This document shows, in pieces, positions 1 through 10,211 of a stretch of DNA of 64,000 bases (within the stretch, counting starts at the first letter, position 1; each line of letters starts with the position of its first letter). A program made the position numbers and the translations under genes. Source of the stretch: Candidatus Moraniibacteriota bacterium (GTDB lineage Bacteria > Patescibacteriota > Minisyncoccia > Moranbacterales > UBA9337); contig JALSQF010000007.1 in assembly GCA_026985555.1 (NCBI GenBank), positions 1,099 to 65,098 on the forward strand, read 5' to 3'. Below the pieces are notes generated by a model. The model did not search any database, was not told the DNA's origin, and saw only the letters and a list, made by a program, of their open reading frames with translations.

Positions 1-266
1 AGTATTGAGAGCATAGGCTGCGTAGGAAGTGCAGTTGCATTGGGCGAATTTCCATTTGTCAACATAATAACCACCGTCTGCATTAGTCCATGAATCACAG
101 GGAAATTGATTCCCATTTTCAGAGCATTTGGAGTAAATATAATATCCGGGAACAATACCTCTGGACCAATAGGACAAACACTCTTATACGGATAATTATT
201 CTCCGCTAAAGAAACATTTACAAAACAACCTATCATTAACCATACTAACCAGATTACTTTTTTCAT
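1..266 (-). CDS. Partial secreted protein with a CHAP/peptidase-like motif; two overlapping open frames, possible frameshift
   Basis: Minus-strand ATG at 266 opens a signal-peptide-like N-terminus (MKKVIWLVWLMIGCFVNVSLA). The -1 frame downstream (open from about 185 to 1) reads YWSRGIVPGYYIYSKCSENGNQFPCDSWTNADGGYYVDKWKFAQCNCTSYAAYALNT, which contains a CHAP-domain-like Q-C-x-x-(Y/F/W) cysteine motif. The ORF runs off the window start. Confidence 0.3.
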   Translation of the reverse strand, partial: MKKVIWLVWLMIGCFVNVSLAENNYPYKSVCPIGPEVLFPDIIFTPNALKMGINFPVIHGLMQTVVIMLTNGNSPNATALPTQPMLSI

Positions 267-430
267 AACCAATCTCCTTTGTTTTTTTGGTTTTAACAAC
301 AGTTTTGCTTTTTTACTTTTTTCTCGTTTTTTTCTCCTTTGTTTAATTGTTAAAGTACTACTTTTTTTGATTATTTAACATTGTAAATAATCACCTTTCA
401 ATAGATAAATAACTTATCTATTGTCGGTAA

Positions 431-1198
431 TTATTTAATTGGTTGGATGGTGTTGAGGTAGATGCCGAAGGTTTTATTATTTTGATTTTGTATGTGAAAT
501 AGTTTTCTGTAGTTTGTATTGTTGATAGTGTAAGACTGAATAGACGAAAGTGTCACATTAGCACATACTAAATAATTATTTATTGCCATATTTTTTAAAC
601 TGTCACACCATTTAATTTGTGTCCAATTTTTTTTATAATTTTTTGATGCATATAATATCACTTGTGATTTTTTTAAAAATAACATATCTATCCATCCGCA
701 ACTCCAACCCTTTTCTTCGTCCAAAGTGCAACCAGATAAATTTTTGTCTGTTTCTGATTTACTAAATAACATTATGCTTTTAACATCCAAATAATCTCCT
801 TTTGGTGTGTTGTATCCTTTGTATGTTTTATAATCATACCTCAAATCCTCCTTTGTATCCTTCGTCACTAAAAACTTAATTCCCAGTTCCGGGATTTCAT
901 ACCAAACCAAATCTTTTTCTTTTTTTAGTTTTTCTATTTCTTTTGGAGAGAGTCGGGGAATCATTTGAGCTTCTAAATCCTCTGTTTTTTCTTGTTTGTT
1001 ATCATTCTTTTTATCGTATTCTTTATTCTTTCTACCTCCTTCATTTCCCCCTTGCTCTTGTTTGTCATTTTCAATAATTCTCTTTTCTACATTAACATGC
1101 ATTAAATCCGCTTTTTTCTGTAACCAAAGATAAAAACCACCGACTACAACAGCCAGTCCTAGAATTGTTAGAATTGTGATTAAGATTTTTTTGTTCAT
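431..1198 (-). CDS. Hypothetical membrane-anchored protein with a lysine/glutamate-rich linker
   Basis: 255-aa ORF with an N-terminal TM helix (ILITILTILGLAVVVGGFYLWL) followed by a low-complexity basic/acidic stretch. No recognisable catalytic motif. Confidence 0.4.
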   Translation of the reverse strand: MNKKILITILTILGLAVVVGGFYLWLQKKADLMHVNVEKRIIENDKQEQGGNEGGRKNKEYDKKNDNKQEKTEDLEAQMIPRLSPKEIEKLKKEKDLVWYEIPELGIKFLVTKDTKEDLRYDYKTYKGYNTPKGDYLDVKSIMLFSKSETDKNLSGCTLDEEKGWSCGWIDMLFLKKSQVILYASKNYKKNWTQIKWCDSLKNMAINNYLVCANVTLSSIQSYTINNTNYRKLFHIQNQNNKTFGIYLNTIQPIK

Positions 1199-1283
1199 TT
1201 GAGTTTTTTAATAATCTATTTTTATCTGCTGACTTAGAATTAATAAATGAAAATAATAGTGTCAAAATATTTTTTATATTATA

Positions 1284-1781
1284 TCATATAAAAATACTTT
1301 TAAGATGTTTTACCCAACAATGAGCTTTGGTTTTTTTAAATAAAAAAGAACGTATAGGCATATAATAAATATTATTTTGATTTAAGAAGTGATTTTTAAT
1401 TTTATTAGAAATGTTCTTTTCAAAACTAATCCAAACTGAAATAGCATCTAATTGCCAGGGTATATTTTCTTGTTGAGTTTGAAAAAGATAATAATGAATA
1501 ATTTTTTGTAAGCGATGTATTTTGTTGACATTAATATTTTCTTCAGGCAAAATATAAAAATTAAACGCATTTTTAATTAAACGACTTTTAACTTCTATAA
1601 AAATTATCTTATTATTTTTTTGAGCAATAATATCAATTTCTCCTAAACGTTTCCCTTTTCTGTTGTAAAAATTAGACTGGATAATTTTATATTGATTTTT
1701 TTTTAAATACAAAAGAGCTACTTTTTCTCCCAGCTTTCCAATATTTGATTGTTCCTTTTCAAATAGTTTTTTTCTAGACAT
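1284..1781 (-). CDS. YraN-family (UPF0102) endonuclease
   Basis: 165 aa. The GEIDIIA...FIEVKSR motif is typical of the YraN/UPF0102 PD-(D/E)xK nuclease fold. Confidence 0.55.
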   Translation of the reverse strand: MSRKKLFEKEQSNIGKLGEKVALLYLKKNQYKIIQSNFYNRKGKRLGEIDIIAQKNNKIIFIEVKSRLIKNAFNFYILPEENINVNKIHRLQKIIHYYLFQTQQENIPWQLDAISVWISFEKNISNKIKNHFLNQNNIYYMPIRSFLFKKTKAHCWVKHLKSIFI

Positions 1782-1835
1782 ATTAATTAACTTTTGTTAT
1801 TATAATAACATAAAAATAATTTTTAATTTAAAAAT

Positions 1836-2204
1836 ATGGCTCTCAGTGAAGAAATTTTAAAAGAATTAAAAGAAAAATTAATAATTGAAAAGGAGAGATT
1901 AAAAAAAGAATTAAGAAAAATTGCACAACCAGTAGATGATGATGAATATAAAACAATTTATGAGGATATCGGAGAAGAGAAAGATGAAAACGCTACTGAA
2001 GTTCAAATGTATGCTAATCGGTTAGCTGTTAAAGAAGATCTAGAAAGACAGTTAAAAGATGTAGAAAATGCTTTAAAAAAAATAGAAGAACATAAATATG
2101 GAATTTGTGAAAAATGTGGAAAAGAGATAGAAATAGAGAGATTAAAGGCTTATCCAGCGGCTAAAACTTGTATCCGATGTGCTCGTGAAAATCAAGGAGA
2201 ATAA
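1836..2204 (+). CDS. DksA/TraR-family C4 zinc-finger protein
   Basis: C-terminal CEKCGKEIEIERLKAYPAAKTCIRCA four-cysteine zinc finger after a coiled-coil N-terminus. The length and architecture fit DksA-like proteins. Confidence 0.6.
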   Translation: MALSEEILKELKEKLIIEKERLKKELRKIAQPVDDDEYKTIYEDIGEEKDENATEVQMYANRLAVKEDLERQLKDVENALKKIEEHKYGICEKCGKEIEIERLKAYPAAKTCIRCARENQGE

Positions 2205-2214
2205 AATCAGAAAT

Positions 2215-2652
2215 ATGCTTAAAAAAGTCATTTTCTATCTTTCTTTATTAATAGTATTGATTTTTTTTGATCAATTTTTTAAGCAAGCAATTATTCATCA
2301 AATTAAGACTCCTTTTATTTGTAATAAGTTTTTTTCTTTTGGGATAAATATCTCTTTTGGGTATTTAGGAATAATTTTGTTTTTATGGTTAAGTTTTTTC
2401 TTTTGGCAAAGAAAAAACATTATTTTTTTCTTAAGAAAAAAAAGAGGAACTCAAATGGCTCTAGCTTTTATTTTAGCTGGAGCTATAAGTAATCTAATAG
2501 ATAGGGTAAAACAAGGTTGTGTTATTGATTTTATTAATATTCATATTTTAAATTATCCCTGGTTTAATTTAGCGGATATTTTTATTGTAATAGGTAGTTT
2601 TTATTTAGGATTGCTAATTTTAATAAATAAAAAAGAAATTTTAAACACATAA
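2215..2652 (+). CDS. lspA: Lipoprotein signal peptidase (signal peptidase II)
   Basis: Four TM segments. The NLIDR and FNLADIFIVIG motifs are characteristic of LspA. The start was moved to the internal ATG at 2215 (the track ORF starts at 2179 and overlaps the upstream gene), with an AAGGAGA Shine-Dalgarno 15 nt upstream. Confidence 0.7.
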   Translation: MLKKVIFYLSLLIVLIFFDQFFKQAIIHQIKTPFICNKFFSFGINISFGYLGIILFLWLSFFFWQRKNIIFFLRKKRGTQMALAFILAGAISNLIDRVKQGCVIDFINIHILNYPWFNLADIFIVIGSFYLGLLILINKKEILNT

Positions 2653-2662
2653 TATTAATTTT

Positions 2663-4183
2663 ATGTCTTCTAAAGTTTTTTCAGCGGCTACAATAGGATT
2701 AGAAAGTAAAGTGGTAGAAGTAGAAGTAGATGTCTTAACTCAAGGTATACATCATTTTTCTATAGTGGGATTGCCTGATACATCCATTAAAGAAGCTAAA
2801 GACAGAGTAGCTAGTGCAATAAAAAATAGTGGTTTTTCCCCTCCTCATCAGTCAGGGAGAATAACAGTAAATTTAGCTCCCGCTGATTTACCCAAAATCA
2901 ATCCTTTATATGATTTACCAATGGCGCTAGGCGTTTTAATGGCCACTAATCAATTAAATTTTGATTATAAAAAAAAGATTTTTTTAGGAGAACTTTCTTT
3001 AGATGGAAGATTACGTTCGGTGCAGGGAGTTCTACCTATAGCTTTGATGGCTAAAAATTTAGGGTTTCAAGAAATGTATTTACCTAAAGATAATGCGGCA
3101 GAAGCTAGTGTGGTAAAAGATTTAAAAATTGTTCCAGTAGAAACACTTTTTTCTTTAGCAAAACATTTGTTAGGGGAAAAAAAGATTTCTTATTTTTCTT
3201 TTCCTGAAAGAGAAAAGCTTTTTCAAAACAATCAGTGGAAAGTAGATATGAAGTATATCAAAGGGCAAGAGCAGGCCAAAAGAGCTTTAGAAATTGCTTC
3301 TGCGGGTGGTCACAATATTCTTTTAAATGGGCCTCCTGGTTCTGGAAAAACGCTTTTAGCTAAAACTGTTCCTTCTATACTACCACGTTTAACATTAGAA
3401 GAGTCTTTAGAAATCACTAAAATTTTTTCTGTATCTGGAAATTTATCTAAAGATATTTCGTTAATTACTCAACGTCCTTTTCGTTCTCCTCATCATAGTG
3501 CAAGTGCTGTATCTTTAATTGGAGGAGGAAGTTATCCAAAGCCAGGAGAAATAAGTTTAGCGCACAGAGGAGTTTTGTTTTTAGATGAGTTTGCTGAATT
3601 TCCTCGTAACGTGATGGAAAATTTACGTCAACCATTAGAAGATGGAATTGTAACTGTTTCTCGCGCTAAAGGAACTTTAAAATTTCCTGCTAAATTTATT
3701 TTAATTGCCGCTATGAATCCATGTCCTTGCGGCAATGCAACTGATCCTGAAAAAATTTGTACTTGTTCTCCTCAACAAATTATTAATTATCAAAGAAAAA
3801 TTTCTGGACCTATTTTAGACAGAATAGACTTACAGATAGAAGTTCCTCGTTTAAAATTTGAAAAATTACAAGAGGATGGTCAAGCTGAAAGTAGTGCGCA
3901 GATAAGAAAAAGAGTGGAAAAAGCTCGTTTTATTCAAAAAAGACGTTTCAAGAATACAAAAATTATTACTAATAGTGAAATGTCCTCTCAAGAAATAAAA
4001 AAATTTTGTCCCTTAGACAACTTATCTATTCAATTATTAAAAAAGGCAGTAAATAGCTTAAATTTAAGTGCTAGAGCCTATTATCGTATTATTAAAATTG
4101 CGCGCACCATTGCTGATTTATCTGGCGAAGAAAATATTTTATCTCAACACATTGCTGAAGCTGTGCAATATCGTTTTAAATAA
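2663..4183 (+). CDS. comM: YifB/ComM-family Mg-chelatase-like AAA+ ATPase
   Basis: The N-terminus MSSKVFSAATIGLESKVVEVEVD is a Lon-like substrate domain. It has Walker A GPPGSGKT, Walker B VLFLDEF and a C-terminal ComM helix-turn-helix. Length is 506 aa. Confidence 0.85.
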   Translation: MSSKVFSAATIGLESKVVEVEVDVLTQGIHHFSIVGLPDTSIKEAKDRVASAIKNSGFSPPHQSGRITVNLAPADLPKINPLYDLPMALGVLMATNQLNFDYKKKIFLGELSLDGRLRSVQGVLPIALMAKNLGFQEMYLPKDNAAEASVVKDLKIVPVETLFSLAKHLLGEKKISYFSFPEREKLFQNNQWKVDMKYIKGQEQAKRALEIASAGGHNILLNGPPGSGKTLLAKTVPSILPRLTLEESLEITKIFSVSGNLSKDISLITQRPFRSPHHSASAVSLIGGGSYPKPGEISLAHRGVLFLDEFAEFPRNVMENLRQPLEDGIVTVSRAKGTLKFPAKFILIAAMNPCPCGNATDPEKICTCSPQQIINYQRKISGPILDRIDLQIEVPRLKFEKLQEDGQAESSAQIRKRVEKARFIQKRRFKNTKIITNSEMSSQEIKKFCPLDNLSIQLLKKAVNSLNLSARAYYRIIKIARTIADLSGEENILSQHIAEAVQYRFK

Positions 4184-4193
4184 TAATTTTTTT

Positions 4194-4967
4194 ATGATTT
4201 CTTTCATTATAATAAACTATAATTCTTTTAATTTTTTACCTGTTTTATTATCTTCTATAGAAAAAAAGATTAAGGATATAGATTATGAAATTATTGTAGT
4301 TAACAATGATAAAAAGAAAATTTTTTTAGAAAATGATAGAGAAAAATATAAAAAAGTAAAAATTTTAGAAATAAATAAAAATATTGGATTTGGAGCAGGA
4401 TGTAATAAAGGAGCAAAAGTAGCTCAAGGAGAAATTCTTGTTTTTCTAAATCCAGATACAGAAATAATTTCTAATAAAATAAAAAATGTTTTAAATTTTT
4501 TTCAAAAAAATGATCAAGTTGGCGCTTTAGGTTGTCAATTAATTAATTCTGAGAATAATATTCAAGCTTGGAGCGCTGGAGTAGAAACAAATTTATTAGA
4601 TATTTTTAAAAATAATTTAGGATTTCCTAGTAGTAAAAAAATTTGGGAAAGTAAAAAAGCCTTAGAAGTTGATTGGGTAAGTGGTGCGGTTCTATTCATA
4701 AGAAAAAATATATTTTTTCAAATAAATGGATTTGATGAGAAATTTTTTCTATATTTTGAGGATCTAGATCTTTGTAAAAGAGTCAGAAAGTTAAAATATA
4801 AAATTATTTATTATCCCTTTTTTCAAGTTAGACATTGGGGTGGCAGTAGTTTTTCTAGTAAAACAAAACAAAAAAAAGAATTTTATAAATCTCAAGATTA
4901 TTATTTTCAAAAACACTTAAAAAGACAACTGTTTTGGTTGAGAATTTTACGTAAAATTTTTCAATAA
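4194..4967 (+). CDS. Family 2 glycosyltransferase
   Basis: The start IINYNSFNFL is the canonical GT2 opening, followed by a DxD-like FEDLD motif. The start was moved to the ATG at 4194 because the track ORF (4068) overlaps the end of comM. Confidence 0.7.
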   Translation: MISFIIINYNSFNFLPVLLSSIEKKIKDIDYEIIVVNNDKKKIFLENDREKYKKVKILEINKNIGFGAGCNKGAKVAQGEILVFLNPDTEIISNKIKNVLNFFQKNDQVGALGCQLINSENNIQAWSAGVETNLLDIFKNNLGFPSSKKIWESKKALEVDWVSGAVLFIRKNIFFQINGFDEKFFLYFEDLDLCKRVRKLKYKIIYYPFFQVRHWGGSSFSSKTKQKKEFYKSQDYYFQKHLKRQLFWLRILRKIFQ

Positions 4968-6317
4968 TTATTTTTTAAAGAGTTCAACTAGCAGAAAATT
5001 TAAAATTAAACCAGTTAAAAGAAAGCCACTAATTTGTGTCCAGATCCAGTGATCAAAAAAACCTATAGTTATTAATGTTCCTAGCGAAGCAAGAGTTGTG
5101 ATAGAAGAGATATTACTTGGCTTATTTTTTTTTCGGAAATTTATAAAAATAAAATAGAAAAATAATATAAGCAAAAAAACTCCTATGATTCCAATTTCAG
5201 TTAAAATTAAAAGATAGATATTATGCACTGGTTGCCATTGCCAAATAGGAATAGATGGGGTAGCTTGATGTTGATAAAGATAAATAACATAATTATTTAA
5301 ACCAATTCCTTTCCAGGGATGTTTTTGAAAAATATTCCAAGCTTGTTTTTTATAATCCCAACGTTGAGTTAAAGATGTTTGTTGGGAAATATCTAAAGAA
5401 AAACGTTGATTAAATAAAAAATAATAATGAGAAATAAAATAGAAAATAACAAAAAAACTAGCTAGTAACAAAGGATAAATTTTTTTAAAAATAAAGGATA
5501 AGGAACGATGAATATTTTTATTTAATAAAAAAATTAATATTAATAATCCAACTGTAAAACCTAGCCAGGAACTTCTAGAAAAGGTTGCTAAAAAGGAGAA
5601 AAATTGAATTAAAAAAATAATTAACAGAACAATTTTTTCTTTAATAGTTTGGGAATAAAAAAATAAAACCAATAAAAGAAGAAGGGAAATGGCTAAAAAT
5701 CCGCCAAAAATATTGGGATGATTAAATCCTCCATAAGCGCGTAAATATTTTATTCCGTTAACATTTAACTTAGCTGTTCCTCCAAAATCTAAGGAGTGAG
5801 AGCTAATTCCTAACCATTTATTGCTCCAAGTGTTTTGTTGAAAAAATTGTTGCTCCCCAATTAAAGAATGAAGAGTTAAAGAAAAAATAAAAAGAAGACT
5901 TATGCTTAAAAAAGAAATTTCATTTTTAAAATAAAACAAAAAAAGAAAAACTAAAAAAAGGATTAAAAAAAGAAGTAAATAATGATAAGATAAAACCTTG
6001 TTAGTGCTCCACAAAATAGAAAAAACAAGCCAAACAAAAAACAACAATCCAATCCAAAAATATTTTTGAGAAAAAATTAATAAAATAATTTTTTTGATTT
6101 TTGTCCAGGAACAACTCAAAAAGAAAAAGAAAAGAGAGAAAAATAAAACTATTTCAAAAAGATAAATTCCCCAACTAGCATATTGCCATTTTTCTTGAAC
6201 AAATTTTTCTTGAATAAGATAAATAGTTTGCCAAGGCAAAAGAAAAACAAATAGATAAAATAAATTTTTAGAAAAAGCTTGGAGTAATTTTAAATTCATT
6301 TTATAATTGTAACACAA
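4968..6317 (-). CDS. O-antigen ligase (Wzy_C)-family polytopic membrane protein
   Basis: About 12 TM helices. The FSRSSWLGFTVGLLIL periplasmic-loop motif is typical of the Wzy_C/O-antigen ligase family. Confidence 0.55.
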   Translation of the reverse strand: MCYNYKMNLKLLQAFSKNLFYLFVFLLPWQTIYLIQEKFVQEKWQYASWGIYLFEIVLFFSLFFFFLSCSWTKIKKIILLIFSQKYFWIGLLFFVWLVFSILWSTNKVLSYHYLLLFLILFLVFLFLFYFKNEISFLSISLLFIFSLTLHSLIGEQQFFQQNTWSNKWLGISSHSLDFGGTAKLNVNGIKYLRAYGGFNHPNIFGGFLAISLLLLLVLFFYSQTIKEKIVLLIIFLIQFFSFLATFSRSSWLGFTVGLLILIFLLNKNIHRSLSFIFKKIYPLLLASFFVIFYFISHYYFLFNQRFSLDISQQTSLTQRWDYKKQAWNIFQKHPWKGIGLNNYVIYLYQHQATPSIPIWQWQPVHNIYLLILTEIGIIGVFLLILFFYFIFINFRKKNKPSNISSITTLASLGTLITIGFFDHWIWTQISGFLLTGLILNFLLVELFKK

Positions 6318-6328
6318 ATAGTAAAAAT

Positions 6329-6727
6329 ATGTTTAATTATTTAGGAATAGATTGGGGAAAAAATAAAATAGGATTAGCTTTAGCGGATGGAGAAAATAAA
6401 ATTGCACTGGCTTATCTTACTTTAAATAATGATAATAATTTTTTTAACTTATTGCAAAAAATTATTAAAAAAGAAAAAGTAAAATATATAATTATTGGAG
6501 TACCTTATTATTTTAATCAAACAGATAATCTTATTGAAATAAAAAGGATGGCGAAGCAATTAGAAGAGAAATTTTTTTTGAAAGTATTTTTTCAGAATGA
6601 AATGTTTACTACTCAATCAGCGCAAAAAAATTTGAAAGAGAAAGGTATAAGAAATATCAAAAAATTAGATAATCAGGAATCGGCACGTATTATTTTGCAG
6701 GATTGGTTAGACAGGAATTTGATTTAA
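6329..6727 (+). CDS. ruvX: Holliday junction resolvase-like protein RuvX/YqgF
   Basis: LGIDWGKNKIGLALAD is the YqgF/RuvX N-terminal RNase-H-fold motif. Length 132 aa. Confidence 0.75.
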   Translation: MFNYLGIDWGKNKIGLALADGENKIALAYLTLNNDNNFFNLLQKIIKKEKVKYIIIGVPYYFNQTDNLIEIKRMAKQLEEKFFLKVFFQNEMFTTQSAQKNLKEKGIRNIKKLDNQESARIILQDWLDRNLI

Positions 6728-7669
6728 AATATTTTCTACATCCTGAAGGTTTTTTATTTGGACAGCTTGTTGTTTCCAGTGCTTTGAGTGAGGCATGCCT
6801 TTTAAATAAAAAGATAAATGGGAACGAAACCTAAGAAAAGGATTTTCTTTTTGAGAATAATATTTTTGTATAAGTTGAGCATGTTGAAAGATAATTTGTT
6901 TAAAATTAGGTTGTTGATAAGGTGGAGTATAATTAGAAGTAAAATTAGAGGTGAAATATTTTTTTATTTCTTGAAAAATCCAAGGGTTTCCTAAACTAGC
7001 TTGCCCTATCATAAGAAACGGAATATTCGTTTTTTTATGATAAGAATAAGCATCTTGGGGTGTTTTTATTCCTCCATTATAAACAACAGGAATTTTTAAA
7101 TTTTTTTGTAATTGGGTTATTGTTTCCCAGTGAGGTTTTTCAATGAACATTCCTTGTAAGGTGCGAGCATGAACGACTAACTGGTTAATTCCAGCTTCTT
7201 CCAATAAGTTAGCCCAACTTAATATTTCAGTTGGTTGTTTTATACCTAGTCTGGTTTTTAAGGATAGAGGCAAAGATATTTTATCTTTAATAGAGTGGAT
7301 GATTTCTATTACTTGATGGATATTATTTATTTGTATAGCTCCGTAACCAGCTTTTTGCGCTTTAGGAACAGGACAACCTAAATTAATATCAATACCAAAA
7401 GGTTTAATTTCTTTTTCAATAATACTAGCTGCTTGAGACATGGCAGAGGCTGATTTTCCAAAAATCTGCACCCAATAATTTTTTTCCTTTGGAGAATATT
7501 TTTCTGCCAAAAAAAGAGATTTATTATTATCTAATGAGTGTCTTACTATGCCTTCAGAACTTACCATTTCACTCCAAGTAATATCGGCTCCTAATTGCTG
7601 GCATATTTGACGAAAAGCTTTATCTGTAAATCCAGCCATAGGAGCTAAAATTAATTTAATTTGAGACAT
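6707..7669 (-). CDS. tRNA-dihydrouridine synthase
   Basis: LILAPMAGFTDKAFRQ...GADITWSEMVSSEG is the Dus-family TIM-barrel signature, with conserved GCP and lysine motifs. Length 320 aa. Confidence 0.8.
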   Translation of the reverse strand: MSQIKLILAPMAGFTDKAFRQICQQLGADITWSEMVSSEGIVRHSLDNNKSLFLAEKYSPKEKNYWVQIFGKSASAMSQAASIIEKEIKPFGIDINLGCPVPKAQKAGYGAIQINNIHQVIEIIHSIKDKISLPLSLKTRLGIKQPTEILSWANLLEEAGINQLVVHARTLQGMFIEKPHWETITQLQKNLKIPVVYNGGIKTPQDAYSYHKKTNIPFLMIGQASLGNPWIFQEIKKYFTSNFTSNYTPPYQQPNFKQIIFQHAQLIQKYYSQKENPFLRFRSHLSFYLKGMPHSKHWKQQAVQIKNLQDVENILNQIPV

Positions 7670-7761
7670 AAATATTTTTTAGATAATTCTTTATAAAATT
7701 TAAATTATTCTTATTTTGACAAACTTTTAGAAAAAGGTAAACTTTATAAAGAAAAGTTATT

Positions 7762-8289
7762 ATGTTAAAATATTTTTTTCTAATAGGACTATTGTTATTT
7801 ATTGCTTCCTTCCAAGTTTTTGGAATTAATCCTTGGTTTTCTTTTTGGAGTCCTAGTTTGGTTTTGATGTTTATTTTAGCATTAGTATGGTCTTTTGAAT
7901 GGAAAACTGTTTTTTGGTTAATTGTTTTTTTAGGAATAGTTTTGGATCAACTAACTTTTTTAAAAATAGGAAGTTTTCTTATTTTGTTTTTATTTTTAGG
8001 TTATTTTTTTTATTGGTTAAAACAGAAAGTTTTCTGGAATCAAAGCAGAGGAAATAATTTTTTAATTTTTATAAGCATTAATTTTATTTATATAATATTT
8101 ATCCTTTTTAAGGAAGGATTATTTTTTGAGAATAACTTTAAAATTGATATTATAATAAATATTTGGAAAAATAATTTTTCTTTTTTGAAAATGATATTTA
8201 TATTTTTAATTAATGCTTTATTGTTTTTCTCTTTTATAAAAATAATTAAAAAAATTAGTTTTAATTTCTTTCTAAAAAATAAGTTGTAG
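7762..8289 (+). CDS. Polytopic membrane protein, possibly MreD-like
   Basis: 175 aa with about five TM helices and no signal peptide, immediately upstream of PBP2. This is the position MreD occupies in mreBCD-mrdA operons. The assignment rests on position and size only. Confidence 0.3.
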   Translation: MLKYFFLIGLLLFIASFQVFGINPWFSFWSPSLVLMFILALVWSFEWKTVFWLIVFLGIVLDQLTFLKIGSFLILFLFLGYFFYWLKQKVFWNQSRGNNFLIFISINFIYIIFILFKEGLFFENNFKIDIIINIWKNNFSFLKMIFIFLINALLFFSFIKIIKKISFNFFLKNKL

Positions 8290-8300
8290 GAAACATACTA

Positions 8301-10199
8301 ATGTTTTTAAAAAATAAACCAACAAATAAATTTTTTCAAAAAACAAACGAAATAGAAGATGCCGTGCTTTCTCTTTCTGAAAAAGAAGTAACTATTATTG
8401 AAAAAAAGCCTCATCTTTTTTGGTTAAATTTTTTTTGGTGGATAATAATATTATTCTTATTAATATTGAGTGGAAGAGTTTTCTATTTAACTGTGGTAAG
8501 AGGTAATTATTATAATAAACTTGCTCAGAAAAATAAAATTCGTTCTTTAATTATAAAAGCTCCACGTGGCTTAATTTATGATTATAAAAGAAGATTATTA
8601 GTGCATAATATTCCAAGTATGAACGTAGTTGTTTATCCTTATGATCTTCCTTCTCAAAGTAAAAAAAGAAAAGAAATAGCAGAAAAATTAGCTAAAATAT
8701 TAAAAATTAATAGAGGTGAGATTTGGGGAATACTAGAAAATAGTGAGAAAAACATTGATAAAATTTATATATTAAAAAAAGGTGTTTCTTATGATGAATC
8801 TTTAAAAATAATAGAAAGAGCATCAGAGTTTCCTGGTGTTAAAATTGAAAAAGATGCTTTACGTCAATATGTGGATGGAATGATTTTTTCTCATTTAATT
8901 GGTTATACTGGGAAAATAGAGAAAAATGAATTAGATAAATTAAAAAAATATGGATATTTTATGTTTGATGATATTGGCAAAAGTGGTTTAGAAAAGTCTT
9001 ATGAAAAAATTTTGCGCGGAAAATTTGGTTATAAAAAAATAGAAGTTGATGCACAGGGGAAAATGAAGACAAGCTTAGGAGAACAAAGTCCTCAACCAGG
9101 AAATGATTTAGTTTTAAATATAGATGCGGATTTACAAAAAAAAATTTATGATGTTTTATCTCAAATATTAGAAAAAGAAAAATTAAAAGCAGCAGCGGCA
9201 GTAGCTTTAAATCCTAAAAATGGTGGAGTGCTAGCTTTGGTTAGCCTTCCTAGCTATGATAATAATCTTTTTGCACAAGGAATAACTTTAAAAGATTATC
9301 AGAAGTTGATTACTAATCCTTTAAAACCAATGTATAATAGAGCTCTAACAGGAGAATATCCACCAGGGTCCACTATAAAACCATTGTTAGCAGCAGCTGC
9401 GTTGAAAGAAGGTGTTATTACAGAGCATACGCAAATAGAAAGTAAAGGTGGAATTAAAGTAGGTAAATATTATTTTGGAGATTGGAAAGCTCATGGCTGG
9501 ACTGATGTTAGAAGAGCCATTGCTGTTTCTAGTGATGTTTTCTTTTATTCAGTAGGGGGAGGATATGGAAATATTAAAGGAATGGGAATGAGCACTATGA
9601 AGAAATATGAAGAATTATTTGGCTTAAATCATTTAACAGGAATAGATCTTCCAAATGAATCTACAGGTTTTATTCCTGACGAAAATTGGAAAAAACAAAA
9701 ATTTAATGAGCCTTGGTATAGAGGAAATAGTTATCATGCTGCTATTGGTCAAGGGTATATTACTGTTACTCCTTTACAAATTGCTAATTATATTTCGGCT
9801 ATAGCTAACAAGGGAACGTTATTTAAACCAAGAGTAGTTTCTCAAATTATTAAAAATAATGGTGAAACAATTAACTTGCCTCCTCAGATAATTAGGAAAA
9901 ATTTCATAGATAAATCTATTTTAAAAATAGTTAGAGAAGGTATGCGTATGACTATTACTCAAGGAACAGCTCAAATGTTAAAAGAATTACCAGTGGAAGT
10001 GGCTGGTAAAACAGGAACAGCTCAGTTTGGAAATAAAAACAAAACTCATGGTTGGTTTGTTTCTTTTGCTCCTTATAAAGATCCTAAAATAGTATTAGTT
10101 ATCTTATTTGAAAATCAAGAGGGACATGGATACTATGCTGTTCCTGCTACAAAAGAAATATATCAGTGGTATTTTCAAAATAAAAAAATACAAGAGTAA
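8301..10199 (+). CDS. mrdA: Penicillin-binding protein 2 (peptidoglycan D,D-transpeptidase)
   Basis: N-terminal TM anchor, a PBP dimerisation domain, and the transpeptidase motifs STIKP (SxxK), SSD (SxN) and KTGT. Confidence 0.85.
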   Translation: MFLKNKPTNKFFQKTNEIEDAVLSLSEKEVTIIEKKPHLFWLNFFWWIIILFLLILSGRVFYLTVVRGNYYNKLAQKNKIRSLIIKAPRGLIYDYKRRLLVHNIPSMNVVVYPYDLPSQSKKRKEIAEKLAKILKINRGEIWGILENSEKNIDKIYILKKGVSYDESLKIIERASEFPGVKIEKDALRQYVDGMIFSHLIGYTGKIEKNELDKLKKYGYFMFDDIGKSGLEKSYEKILRGKFGYKKIEVDAQGKMKTSLGEQSPQPGNDLVLNIDADLQKKIYDVLSQILEKEKLKAAAAVALNPKNGGVLALVSLPSYDNNLFAQGITLKDYQKLITNPLKPMYNRALTGEYPPGSTIKPLLAAAALKEGVITEHTQIESKGGIKVGKYYFGDWKAHGWTDVRRAIAVSSDVFFYSVGGGYGNIKGMGMSTMKKYEELFGLNHLTGIDLPNESTGFIPDENWKKQKFNEPWYRGNSYHAAIGQGYITVTPLQIANYISAIANKGTLFKPRVVSQIIKNNGETINLPPQIIRKNFIDKSILKIVREGMRMTITQGTAQMLKELPVEVAGKTGTAQFGNKNKTHGWFVSFAPYKDPKIVLVILFENQEGHGYYAVPATKEIYQWYFQNKKIQE

Positions 10200-10211
10200 A
10201 AGTTTATTATT

